Notes under the pieces: model-generated
The model's input: the letters and a program-made list of their open reading frames with translations, nothing else
Database searches by the model: none
Told to the model about the DNA's origin: nothing
Shown: positions 37,401 to 47,800 of the stretch, piece after piece
Position numbering within the stretch: position 1 is the stretch's first letter
Layout: each line of letters opens with the position of its first letter
NCBI GenBank assembly: GCA_026936335.1
Contig: JAPMXV010000058.1
Span: 62,001-126,000 of the forward strand
Reading direction: 5' to 3'
From: Mantamonas sphyraenae STR306
Lineage: Eukaryota > Protista > CRuMs
Length of the DNA: 64,000 bases
Made by a program: the position numbers and the translations under genes

Positions 37401-38206
37401 AGAGGGCACAACTTACTGCGTTCGACAAAGTACCAGCGCTCGGTGCCCGATGAAACCCACTGGGCGTCGAGGATGCTTGAGGAATCGTAGTTTTTGAAGG
37501 ACAGCGTTGCGGTGCCGCCGCTGTAGTATCCCAGCTGCATGGGCGGGCGGTTGGTGGCATAGGTTGGCAGATTCGCCGACACGGTGTTGACGTCCTTGTC
37601 GGCGCCCGATGTGCCCATGACCAGCAACGAGTTGTCCGAGCTGCTGAAGCTGATACCACGGCACTCGTCGTCATCGCCGCTGCTGGATTGTCTGTACGTG
37701 CTGAAGTAGCTGCTGGAGTCGGTCCACACCGAGCGCTCGGACTCTTCTGTGAGCCTGGTCCATCGTGTGTAATCGATCGTGTAATACGCGCTTCCGTACA
37801 TGCCTGGCAGCGGCGCATCGGCCACCCACACGGTGTTGTCGGCCAGCGAGACAATAAAGGCACCGTGTGTGACCGCAAACGCGACGACGGGAGCGGTGAA
37901 AAAGTCGGGCGAGACCCGAGACCATTGCGCAGAGCTGTATTTGCCACGGTAGTACAGTTGGCCATCAACGCCAAGGAACATGGTGCTGTGGGAGCACATG
38001 GTGAGGCGCTGACACGGACTCTGGACATACTGGTGGGCGCCGCCAACGTTGCGCGGGCCCACGTGTTCGACCATTCCTTCCCACGAGGCAATGGACACCT
38101 CGACCGAGTCCTGGGAAACACCCGTTGCTTTGGGATCCTCCTCGCTCCCAACGCTGTGAGTGGTCTCTGGCGAAACAGACATGGAAATGGGATGGAATGG
38201 TTCCAT
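34431..38206 (-). CDS. RCC1-repeat + tandem BTB/POZ protein (paralog 1); 1 intron
   Basis: RCC1 repeats (VYSCGSNQYGELGLG, VYVWGGNHAGQLGLG), an interrupted BTB (ADMYF...IPAHKACL ... VLEYCYT) and a second BTB (PDVRIVL...VHRAVL...FLYCD). GTAAG intron about 37416-37335. The start codon is uncertain. Confidence 0.8.
37341..37360. repeat. Poly-G run (poly-C in the sense strand) at the 3' end of the RCC1-BTB paralog 1 intron
   Basis: gggggtgggggggggggggg. Confidence 0.85.
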
Positions 38207-38234
38207 TGAGGCAACAATGCCGGCACAATGCCGT

Positions 38235-39405
38235 TCACGACAGGATGGCGGTGGCACCCGAAAGCACACCCATGATATCTGTGCAGCCAAGCCTCTGAGC
38301 CATCTCGATCCCATTCTCGCGATGTCCCTCGGGACAAGTGGACGGGTTTGCACCGCGTTCCATCAGCCACACACACAGGTCCGTGTCGCTGTTCTCAACC
38401 GCAATGGTAAGTGCCGTGTGCTTCTTGTTCGCATAGGTGTCTATGGGCACGCCCCAATCCAGCTCCTCCTGCATGGCCGCCGTGTCCGCAGCCGCAGCAG
38501 CCTCCAGAAACGCCTCTGCATGGTCTTTGTTGCGAGAGAGCAGCTGTTGGACTGCATCATCGTCCACTCCACGAATGTGCCAGCACGAATGGTTGGTTTC
38601 CAGTGCTGTTGCCAGCGCGGCTGTTCCCTCAGCACCGATGTCGTTGTTGTTGAGGTCCAACACCTGCAATCGGTTGTTTTCTCCCAATGATGTGACCAAT
38701 GCTGCTGCTCCTTCTGCCCCAATGTTGTTTGTGTACAAATTGAGCTTTTGCAAGCTGCCGTTCCCGCCGAGGATTGTCCCCAGAGCTGCTGCGCCTTCGT
38801 CGCCGATGTTGTTGCCACCAAGGTCCAAGAACAACAAGGTGCCATTGTCACACAATCCGTCCACGAGAGCTGCTGTTCCCTTCGCCTCGACGCTGTTCCA
38901 GTGCAGATCCAGATACTCCAGTCTGTGGTTCAATTTGAACGCCTTGCCGAGCGCAGCTGCTCCTTCTGCGCCGATTCCATTGCGACAAAGGATCAGCTTG
39001 CGCAAAGTGTTGCTCTTGATCAGCGCTTTGCCCAACGCCGAGCCTCCTTCTGGCCCCGCGCTGTTGTTCTCCAAGTTGAGCGTGTGAAGGCGGCTGGTTT
39101 CCAACGCCTTGGCAAGCGCCACCACGCCTTCTGCGCCAATGTCGTTTGTGTGAAGGTTCAGTGAGTGGAGGCTGGTGTTGTTGCCCAGTACCTTGGCCAA
39201 ACCAGTCACCCCATCGTCACCGATCGTCTTCCACCTGATGTCCAGGCTCTGGGAAGTCGGGCGTCAGGGTGTTTGCGCAAATGCTCCCTCTCTCGCACCC
39301 CCAATCACAACACACCTCTCCCACATCACCCAACGCAGCCTCGATGCGCTTTTTGTCTCCCTTTTGCAACAACTCCTTCCAGTCTACGTCTTCTTGGGTC
39401 GTCAT
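38235..39405 (-). CDS. RNI-like (NLRC3-type) LRR + C-terminal ankyrin protein; 1 intron
   Basis: 28-aa repeats LxxLxLxxNxIGAEGAAAL followed by ankyrin HTALTIAVEN...LMERGANP. The short first exon MTTQEDVDWK is spliced to SLDIRW. Confidence 0.8.
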
Positions 39406-39428
39406 GGTCGAAAGAGTTTTTCTTCGGT

Positions 39429-42400
39429 TCAAGTTTGCCTGCACCCGCGTCCACTCGACTCTCCATCATCCTCTCCAACACCCAACGCATCTGCCTGAAG
39501 TTGGATCTCTGCCTGTTCGTCCTCCGACAGCCTGGACCAGCCCTCGCTCTTGGACACAGAGGGAAAGTTGTTGACGATCATGAACTGGCAGATGTGCACC
39601 ACGTCCTCCCTCTGCATCAGCCTGCTGTGCATCAGCAGGTCACACACGTTGCTCTCGTCCACTCCACTCACCAGCTCCTTCATGCACAGATCCACCAGCC
39701 GTGTCAGCCCGTACGCGTGCGCAAGCACACTCACATCAAACACAATGTCTCCCGTCAGCATGCATTCGTCGCAGTACAGGTACTGAAGCATCGCACGGTA
39801 AGCCTTGCCCCCATCGTCAAGCTGTTCCTCTTCCGGCAACACCATGTGGTCGCTGGCACTGTCTGCCCACTCTCCGCTGCGAAACTTGACGCGGAAGCGT
39901 TCACATCGTGCGGCCAGCACCACTTTGTGCACGCGCACCGAGTTGCCCTCCTTGTCCAGCACAATCTCAAAGTCTGTCGCTTTGCCGTTGGCAAGCACCT
40001 CGTCGAACCAGCGGAACCGCTGTGCATTGGTCAGCGGCAACACGAGCTCTCTCGTGCTTTGCTTGGTGTTGTTCCGTTTCAGCACTGCGTTGGCGTCGTC
40101 CAGCAGCGTCTCGATGCCAAAACAGTTTGCTCAGCACCACCAGCTGCTTTGCGTGCAGCAGCGTGATCCCCTTTTCCACGCGATGGCAATACATGTACTG
40201 CATCATGAGCAGCACCGCTGCAGGCTCCACCATCGGCAGGAACACATACTCGCTTGCGTTCTCCACATCGTAGTACTCCGGCGGCACATCACGTGCGTCC
40301 ATGTATGCATCCACGTTGTCTTCCATCAGCCGACGGGTGTACGACAGCTCCACCTCCTCCTCTTCCTCCGCCTCCTGCTCTGTCTGCTCCTCCCCTTCGG
40401 CAGTCTCTTCTTCCTCCTGCCCTTCATCCTCGTCATCCACGGCCACCACTTCCACACTGCTACTGCTCCCACTGCTGCTTCCTCCACCGCTTGCATCCAT
40501 GTCAAACACTCCCGACGGCTCCTCGCTGGACGACATGTGCCCTGACCCTTGTTCCAGATTGGCCAGACCCATCTCTGCCCTTCGCGCAATCAGATGCAAC
40601 CGCAACACATCCATGTTGCTGTGCAAATCCTCCAGTTTGGGCAGCGACGTGGTTCTTGCTGCCAAAGGTGGCATGCCTTGCAGCTTGCGCGGTGCCCCGG
40701 GCGCATTCAATGCCTCTTCGCTGCTGCTGCCATCCTTGCTCGCCGCCTCCTCGTTTTCTTTGGCCCGCCACGTCTCTTCGTCCACCCAGCGTCCCTCCAG
40801 ACGCAGTTGCTTCTCAAACAGGTCCTCTGGCACGACGGGGGTGCTGAAGAGCACCTTGCGCAATCCTGTGCGACTGCGCTTGGCCAGCTTGCGCTCCAGA
40901 AGCGCACGCACGCTGCCAAACAGGTACAGCAGGGCACGGTGGGCACGGATTTCCTGGCCGCTCTTGCCTGCTTTGAACACCACGTCGCTCTGTTCCTCCT
41001 CGTTGATGACCGCAAACATGTCCTCAAAGAACGACGACGGGCACGCAGGCTCCAACCACGGCTGCATGTCTGCGTACCACACAGACACGTCACGGTTGCA
41101 CACGGTGTGGTCAAAGTTGCACGACACAGGCACCGGCGTTTCGATGAGAATGGGCGACGGGAATCGCGAATCGGCCGTGTCCTCCCTGTTCAGCTGGCCA
41201 TACTTGTTGCTGCCAAAGCCGTACAGCCGGCCATCCAGCGTCATCACAGCCGCATGCTCGCGTCCACACGCAATTTGGATCACCATCTCGTGAGAGAGAT
41301 CCTCCACCAGCGCGGGTACGAGCGTGTCAAAGAAGCTGCCAATGCCCAGCTGGCCATGTGTGTTGCGTCCGCACGAGTAAACATTGCCAAAGTTGGTGAG
41401 AATGAGCAGGAATTCGGGGCCCGCCTCGATGTCCACCGCGTATTCGGCCAGCGACTCGATGCGCGTGGGAGACGTGCGCGTCTCGCGATCCCCATGGCCC
41501 AATTGGCCCGAGTAGTTGGTACCCCATGTGTACACGTGCCCGTTGCGCAGGAGCGCAGCTGCAAACGTGTCGCCGCTGACCACCTTGAGCACCTCCTTGC
41601 CCTCCAGGGTTTTGAGCTTTTTCCAGCCCCGCTGCGGAGAGCGCACGTGCCCCAGCCCCAGCTGGCCTGAAATGTTGATTCCGCATGCGTACACCCCGTC
41701 TGTCGTCACCACGTACATGCGGTCGCTCCTCACTTCGATCCATGTCGCATTTTTGATCACCTCGGGCGTGTCGCCGGCCTCCCACACGAGTTGGGACGGA
41801 AACGGCAGCGAGGTGTACCGCAGCACACGCTGGCTCTCAAACACAATCTGGCCAGCGGTCACCACACTGTCACTTGCATAGTTCAGTGACTTGCGCGTGA
41901 GCACACTGTATGCCTTGTCCCGCAGTCGCACCCCGCCGCCGTTCTTGAGATGAAAGAGCGTCAACGTCACTCCCGTTTGTCCGTAGCTGCTGTTGCTCAT
42001 GTTGACTCCCTCGGAGCCGTCTCCACGCAAGAAAAGGTCGCCATTGGCGTTCAGTGTGATCAGGCTCAGGCCGTACGCGGTCAACGACACGGGAGCGGTG
42101 CTTGCATAGGTGTCCTTTGTCACGATGCTGCGCATCATCACGATGTCCGGCACTCCGTACGTCGAATCCAGCTGTCTCATTGTGTTGCATCCGCACCCGT
42201 ACGTGGATCCGTTGCTTCCGATAAAGTACTGAAAAGCGCGCGCGGCAGGGGTGGGTGCGGAGCAGGATTTGGAGAATTCGTGTCAGCGAATTTGGATAAC
42301 TTTCTCCCTCTGAGGCCCAGTGGACACGTATGGTCACGCAGGACCCAATGACACGCGTTCACATGGTTTGTACATACCGTGTTCCGCGAACCACACGCAA

Positions 42401-42584
42401 TCTTCATGCAGGACATGCCCATGGGCACGACTTGGTTGTTGCCCTGGGCAAAGAGGGTCATGGTGCGATGCCTCTGCGGTTCCTCGGGACAAAACACTTC
42501 GTCCTTGTGGTCAGCAAAGGCGTCGCTGCTGCCACTGGGCACCAGGTCCAACACATCGTCTTGCTGGGCTTCTGACGTAGTCAT
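39429..42584 (-). CDS. RCC1-repeat + tandem BTB/POZ protein (paralog 2); 1 intron; one extra T near 40120
   Basis: RCC1 repeats (VYTWGTNYSGQLGHG, VYSCGRNTHGQLGIG), split BTB1 (SDVVF...IRAHRALL ... MMQYMYC) and BTB2 (TDFEIVL...VHKVVL). Removing one T restores KLFGIETLL, matching paralog KLLGIETLQ. Confidence 0.8.
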
Positions 42585-42712
42585 CGGTGTTTTCCTTGTC
42601 CACTCGGGCGCATGTGACAAGCAGTCACGATGTGTGTGTGTCCCCACGCCCTCACAAGCATGGATTTACACGTGGGTTCCTGTCTGCCCTCATGCACTCA
42701 CACAAATCGGCC

Positions 42713-43927
42713 ATGTTCGCGAGCTTTTCCCAACTCGGCGTCGCACGAACGGGCCACGACGACGCATTCACCGTGGCCAAGGTGAATCTGGACAACTGGG
42801 GCTGGTTGCAGTCGCAATGGACAGCTGGGGAGAAACAAGGGACGCATTCGGGCACGCTGGCCCTGTGGCTAGACCAGCAAAAGACGCTGGTGGAGGCGGT
42901 GGGTCCGGGCTTGGCGGAATTGGAGGAAATTGTACGCGAGGGCCTGTACGACTTTGCCTGCGCCATGGCCAAGGATGCTGGGTCGCTGCCGCCTCTGGAT
43001 CAGTTCCATCCGAAGCTGTGGGAGGAGTACGACGAGGAGGCAGGGTTTGCGGAACTTGTCGCACCGCAGTCCGGCATGGCCTTGGCCTTGGGTCAGGGAC
43101 ACATCCTGCTTGCTTCAGACGGCTGGCTTCCAGATGTGCTGGACGTGGTGGACCGCAACTTGGCCAACCGGCACGAGGTCAAGCTGCGCGTGGAGGCGCT
43201 GGAACGGAAAAGCTCCGCATCGGAGCAGGATGGCCAAGACGAACTGTCCGGCATGTCGTCCATCCGACGCATCAACAAGTACCTTGGAGGACACAAGAGG
43301 CCCATGGAAAAGGTGGAAACAGACGCTTTGCGTGCGTTGCTGGAGAGTATGGACAAGGTGGGTGAGGACGAACTCGTGTGCTGGCTGGTGGCCCAGAACG
43401 TGGAGTTTCACTGGCGTTGGATGCCCAGGCTACCGCACATGGCCACCAAAGACATCCGTACGACGGCAGTGCAAATCAGCAGGCCGGACAAGGGTGATCG
43501 TGTGCGTGTCAAGGTGATTGCCAACATTGGCAGCGAGACCGGGGCGCAGCTGATGTTGCACGAGGCAAACTACTATGTCGACCTGCTGCAACAACACCTG
43601 CACGATGTGTACCGGGAAAAGTGTCTGAAGGAGCGTGGCGAATCGCCGGCGACGGCAAACGCAATTGTGCACGAGGAGATCAGCACGGAGATCGAAGACA
43701 ACGTGACGGCCAGGGTGGACCTGAAGGCGCAGATTTCCGACGAGGTGATTGTGATGCAGGTGACCTTTCCTGCCTCGCTGCTCAACATGCTCAACCGGGC
43801 CATGCGTGAGATGGCCATCGACACACTGCAGCTGCACAAAGACCAGCCGCCTCCTGCCGCTGTCGAGGTTGCGGACATTGTCACAGACGAGATGATGGAG
43901 GGTGACGAGCACGAACAAACGATGTGA
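42713..43927 (+). CDS. Hypothetical protein (about 404 aa)
   Basis: Long open frame with host-like codon usage and globular composition. No family recognised. Confidence 0.65.
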   Translation: MFASFSQLGVARTGHDDAFTVAKVNLDNWGWLQSQWTAGEKQGTHSGTLALWLDQQKTLVEAVGPGLAELEEIVREGLYDFACAMAKDAGSLPPLDQFHPKLWEEYDEEAGFAELVAPQSGMALALGQGHILLASDGWLPDVLDVVDRNLANRHEVKLRVEALERKSSASEQDGQDELSGMSSIRRINKYLGGHKRPMEKVETDALRALLESMDKVGEDELVCWLVAQNVEFHWRWMPRLPHMATKDIRTTAVQISRPDKGDRVRVKVIANIGSETGAQLMLHEANYYVDLLQQHLHDVYREKCLKERGESPATANAIVHEEISTEIEDNVTARVDLKAQISDEVIVMQVTFPASLLNMLNRAMREMAIDTLQLHKDQPPPAAVEVADIVTDEMMEGDEHEQTM

Positions 43928-43997
43928 GGAGGTTTGTGAGGAAAACGAAACACTGGCGCAAGTCCTACCATCAAAATCACACGCACACACACACACA

Positions 43998-44807
43998 ATG
44001 TCCAGCGAAGAACTGGTGTTGTTGCGCAAAGTGGACGTGGACGACGACGGAGATGTCAAGTACGCAGTGCTCACGCTGAATCGTCCGCGAAAGCTGAATG
44101 CCATGTCCGTGGAGCTGCGTCGGCAGGCTGTGGAAGCACTGAAACAGGTGGCCATGGACAAGAGCGTGGCAGCGTTGATTGTGACCGGCGCTGGGCGTGG
44201 CTTCTGTGCTGGCATCGACCTGGACGAGGTGGGCCAGGTTTCGTCGCGCCAGCAAATGGAGGAAATCTCCTTGAGCAAGGAGCTGAACATCGAAGAGGCG
44301 TTGGCAAAGGTCAAATGTCCGACCATTGCGGCTGTGAATGGAGTCGCTGCGACCGGAGGTCTGGAGATCGTGCTTGCATGCGACGTGATCTTGGCCAGCG
44401 CCAACGCCAAGTTTCTCGACTCGCATCTGCGAGCTGGATTGACTCCGGGTTGGGGACTCTCGCAGAAGCTGAGTCGCATGATTGGCATGACACGTGCAAA
44501 GCTCTTCTCCCTCTCTGGGGTCACTATCGACGCCGAGACAGCGGAGAAGTGGGGCATGGTTGCCCGTGTGTACGACGACGTCGATGAACTGATGGATGCG
44601 GCCGAGATGATCGCGATGCAGATGGCAGAGAATGCACAGTTGGTGCGTCAGTACAAGGAGGTGATTGACAAGGGCTATGCGACAACGTACCAGCGTGGGC
44701 GGGTGTTGGAAACCGCCACGTTTGCCAAGCGCATCCAAAACATGGATCTGGGCAACGAGGAGCTGGTGAACGAAGTGCGTCAGGGCAACCGAAAAGCCAA
44801 GCTGTGA
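43998..44807 (+). CDS. Enoyl-CoA hydratase/isomerase (crotonase) family protein, probably peroxisomal
   Basis: Motifs LTLNRPRKLNAM, FCAGIDL, IAAVNG..TGGLE and PGWG; the C-terminus is -AKL (PTS1-type). Confidence 0.9.
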   Translation: MSSEELVLLRKVDVDDDGDVKYAVLTLNRPRKLNAMSVELRRQAVEALKQVAMDKSVAALIVTGAGRGFCAGIDLDEVGQVSSRQQMEEISLSKELNIEEALAKVKCPTIAAVNGVAATGGLEIVLACDVILASANAKFLDSHLRAGLTPGWGLSQKLSRMIGMTRAKLFSLSGVTIDAETAEKWGMVARVYDDVDELMDAAEMIAMQMAENAQLVRQYKEVIDKGYATTYQRGRVLETATFAKRIQNMDLGNEELVNEVRQGNRKAKL

Positions 44808-44893
44808 TGTGGAAAGTGTGGAATGCATCAATGGACGCGCCAATCACGGCAAGTTTTTCCTGCACCGTCTGCACTGCCCCCTCCACCCCCAGG

Positions 44894-47800
44894 ATGAGCG
44901 ACTGGCTAGAGTCGCTGCCAGAGATCCACTCGTTGCTGGACGACATGCATAGTCAGCAAGGGGTACAAGAACAGGACGTGGCACATTTCGTGACGGTGCG
45001 ACGGCTTGCGTGCCATCCGTCCGTAAAGGGCCACACGCACATGGGAGAGCTGCTGCCGCTGCTGCAGAAGCTGGTGCGTATGATGGTGCACAGCGAGTTG
45101 CGGTACAGCCAAACGATTGCAGACACGGTGGGAGACCTTGTCGGCTCGCTCACGAGCAACGACGCCAAGTATGTCTGCGTGCTGCTGAACGATCTGCTCA
45201 ACACGCTGGAAGGTGAGTGGCTGGTGTTTGGGAGGACAGATGGGGGAGGGAGGTTTCCCATAGGCGTGTGGAGTGTGGGGTGTGTGTGTGCTTTGTGTTG
45301 AGGGTTCTTGGGTGCGAGGACGGCGCGTTTTCCTTGGGCGTGGCGGGAAGCGTGTGATCAGTTCCCAGGAACCCCCCGCGCCCATAACGACGGTTGTGAT
45401 GTGGGAGACTGACTCGCAAGGTGGCAGACCTGGACGTGGTGGCACAGAACGGGTTGCCGCAAGGGCTCATGCCATTGCTGGACACAGAACGATTGTACAG
45501 GAAGGAAGGAGTGATCGGAGACAGCGTGGAGGACAGCCGCGGCGACGGCTCGAGCGTGTTTCAACACGTAGTGCTCCGATTGGCGGACGCAAAGGCATGC
45601 GATCACGTGCGTATTTGCCTGCTGGACATGTGCACTGCATTGGTGCTCCTTCCGCATGCACAGCCGTCGCATGTGTGCGCGCTGATCACGCTGGCGCTGC
45701 CGCAGCTCCACGTGTCCGGCGAGAACAGTGCATTGCCATACGCAGCGCTGTCGTCTCTGTGTCTCGTGCAAAATGCACACCTCGTTGCGTCGCATGAGCA
45801 GCCCCGGATTCTGGCGGCCCTCGTCGACGCGTTGCAGATCTACCTGCTCGACTCGGACGGCGACTGGCTGCAATCGCACACGCTGCACAACGCATCGACT
45901 GCAAACGACATGGAACAAGACGCTGATGCAACCACGTACACAACGCTGCATCGTGCACTCGCCCTTGCTTGGACCCTGACGTGTACACAGAGCTCTCTCG
46001 ACACCTTGTCCTGCTACTACGAACGTCTCACACGCATGGCTTTGGAAGCAGCACGCACGTCCACGTGGCATCCCTCCCTGCTCGCGGCAGTCATGGATAC
46101 CATCCGACACCTGGCAGCAAAGCTGCACACGCCGTCCCGCACGCAGCTGGCAGCCATGGTCGACATGCTGTGCGAACCACAGTGTGCACTTTGCCATCCA
46201 ACACTCATCCTTGCCTTGCAAACCTGCCTACGTCGTGTGCTCGCCATCGACGCGGACCACGAACACGCCACGCAAGCCCTCAAGCACAAGCAGCGTGCGC
46301 AGGCCCTCAACATACACCACACGTTGCTATCCAGCACAAACGTGCACAACGACTCCACCTCCACCGGCTCCATCTCCTCTCAAGTTCAGCAAGAGCCGCA
46401 ATTCAAACGGCGTCGTCTCGACATGACTCACCCGAGCCGGCCACGTCGTCCTCATCCTCCTCCTCATCATCATCATCTTCATCATCCTCATCCTCATCCT
46501 CCTCATCGATGATCTCGTCGCTGACACCAAGCGCAATGCGCACACGGAAGCAAATGTGGCAACGCAAGTGGGCGAGTGCCACTTCGCGAAGGAAACGTGC
46601 CGTGTTTGACATCCACTACGAAGCAGACGAGGCTGAGCTGTGGGCGCATTCGCGACAGCCCCTCTTGGGCCAATTGCGACGTGCGCTGCTCGCACTAGGC
46701 CCTTCACTCGACCACGCGATTGCAGACATGAACACCACGCCCGTGCTGCAACTCGAGTCACTCCTCTCTGTCCTCCTGGCTGTGCCAGGCTCCCTCGAGC
46801 CCCTGGCGCTGATTCGCCTCGCTCTCAACTGGGCGTGTCTTCTGGCAAACACGGTGGCGCACGTGAGCACACACCCGGAAGATGCTCCGCGCAACATCAG
46901 CCACGACGGCATGCTCGACATCATGCGTCCTCTCTTGCGCATGGCTCTTGCGTCCCACGACGCCCTTCCAGCTGCCTTTGTGCGACAGTTTGCCGAACCG
47001 CTGCTCAATCTTGCGGCGCTGCCGTGGGTGGACAGCCCAGCGGCACTTGCAAACGCAGAAGACAACGACAACGACGCAGAGGATGCCTCCATGCAGATAC
47101 AAGACGCAGACGACGCAACACCGACTGTGCTGCGCCTGCGCACGGATGACAACGTGGATGTTGTGGACCACCTGCACCGTTGCCTGCGTCTATTGGCACG
47201 CATTCATGGGGCCACACACGCAAAGGTGCGGACACGTGCGTTTGAAATCGCTCTGGACGACGCACGCATGGACGTGCGCAAAGAAGCTGTGCTGGAACTG
47301 CCGTATCTGCTGGCCAACGGGGCCGGCAGCAACTCGGACGTGCTGATGGAACGTGTACACGCGTGCATGGAGCACAGCGAGCTTCACCTCGTGCTTGCGT
47401 CCACCCTGGGTCTCATCGTGTGCGGATGCAATCACCGCAGCGTGCTGCCGCCAAACGTACACACGGCCTCGCTCACCTGTACAAACCATATGCTGGCCCT
47501 CGATGTGCCTGCAGACCATGCTGCCGTGTCTATGGACACCATCATCCCTCTGCTTCCGTTGTTGCACCAGGGAACCACCGAACAGCGAGTCGCCTTTGTG
47601 CTCAGCATGCCACGTGTCCTCGCACACCTCTCCCTTGAACAGTTGTCCAGTGAAGAAGGCGCTGCCCTCTTGCAGGACCTGCTGGCACTGCTTACAGACG
47701 ACGATCGACGCGTGCGCCTCGCCTTTGCGCAAGCAAGCGTCGTGTGTGCCGAGCCTCACGTTGCTGCGGCAATGAACAACCTCGGTGACGGCAGCACCGG

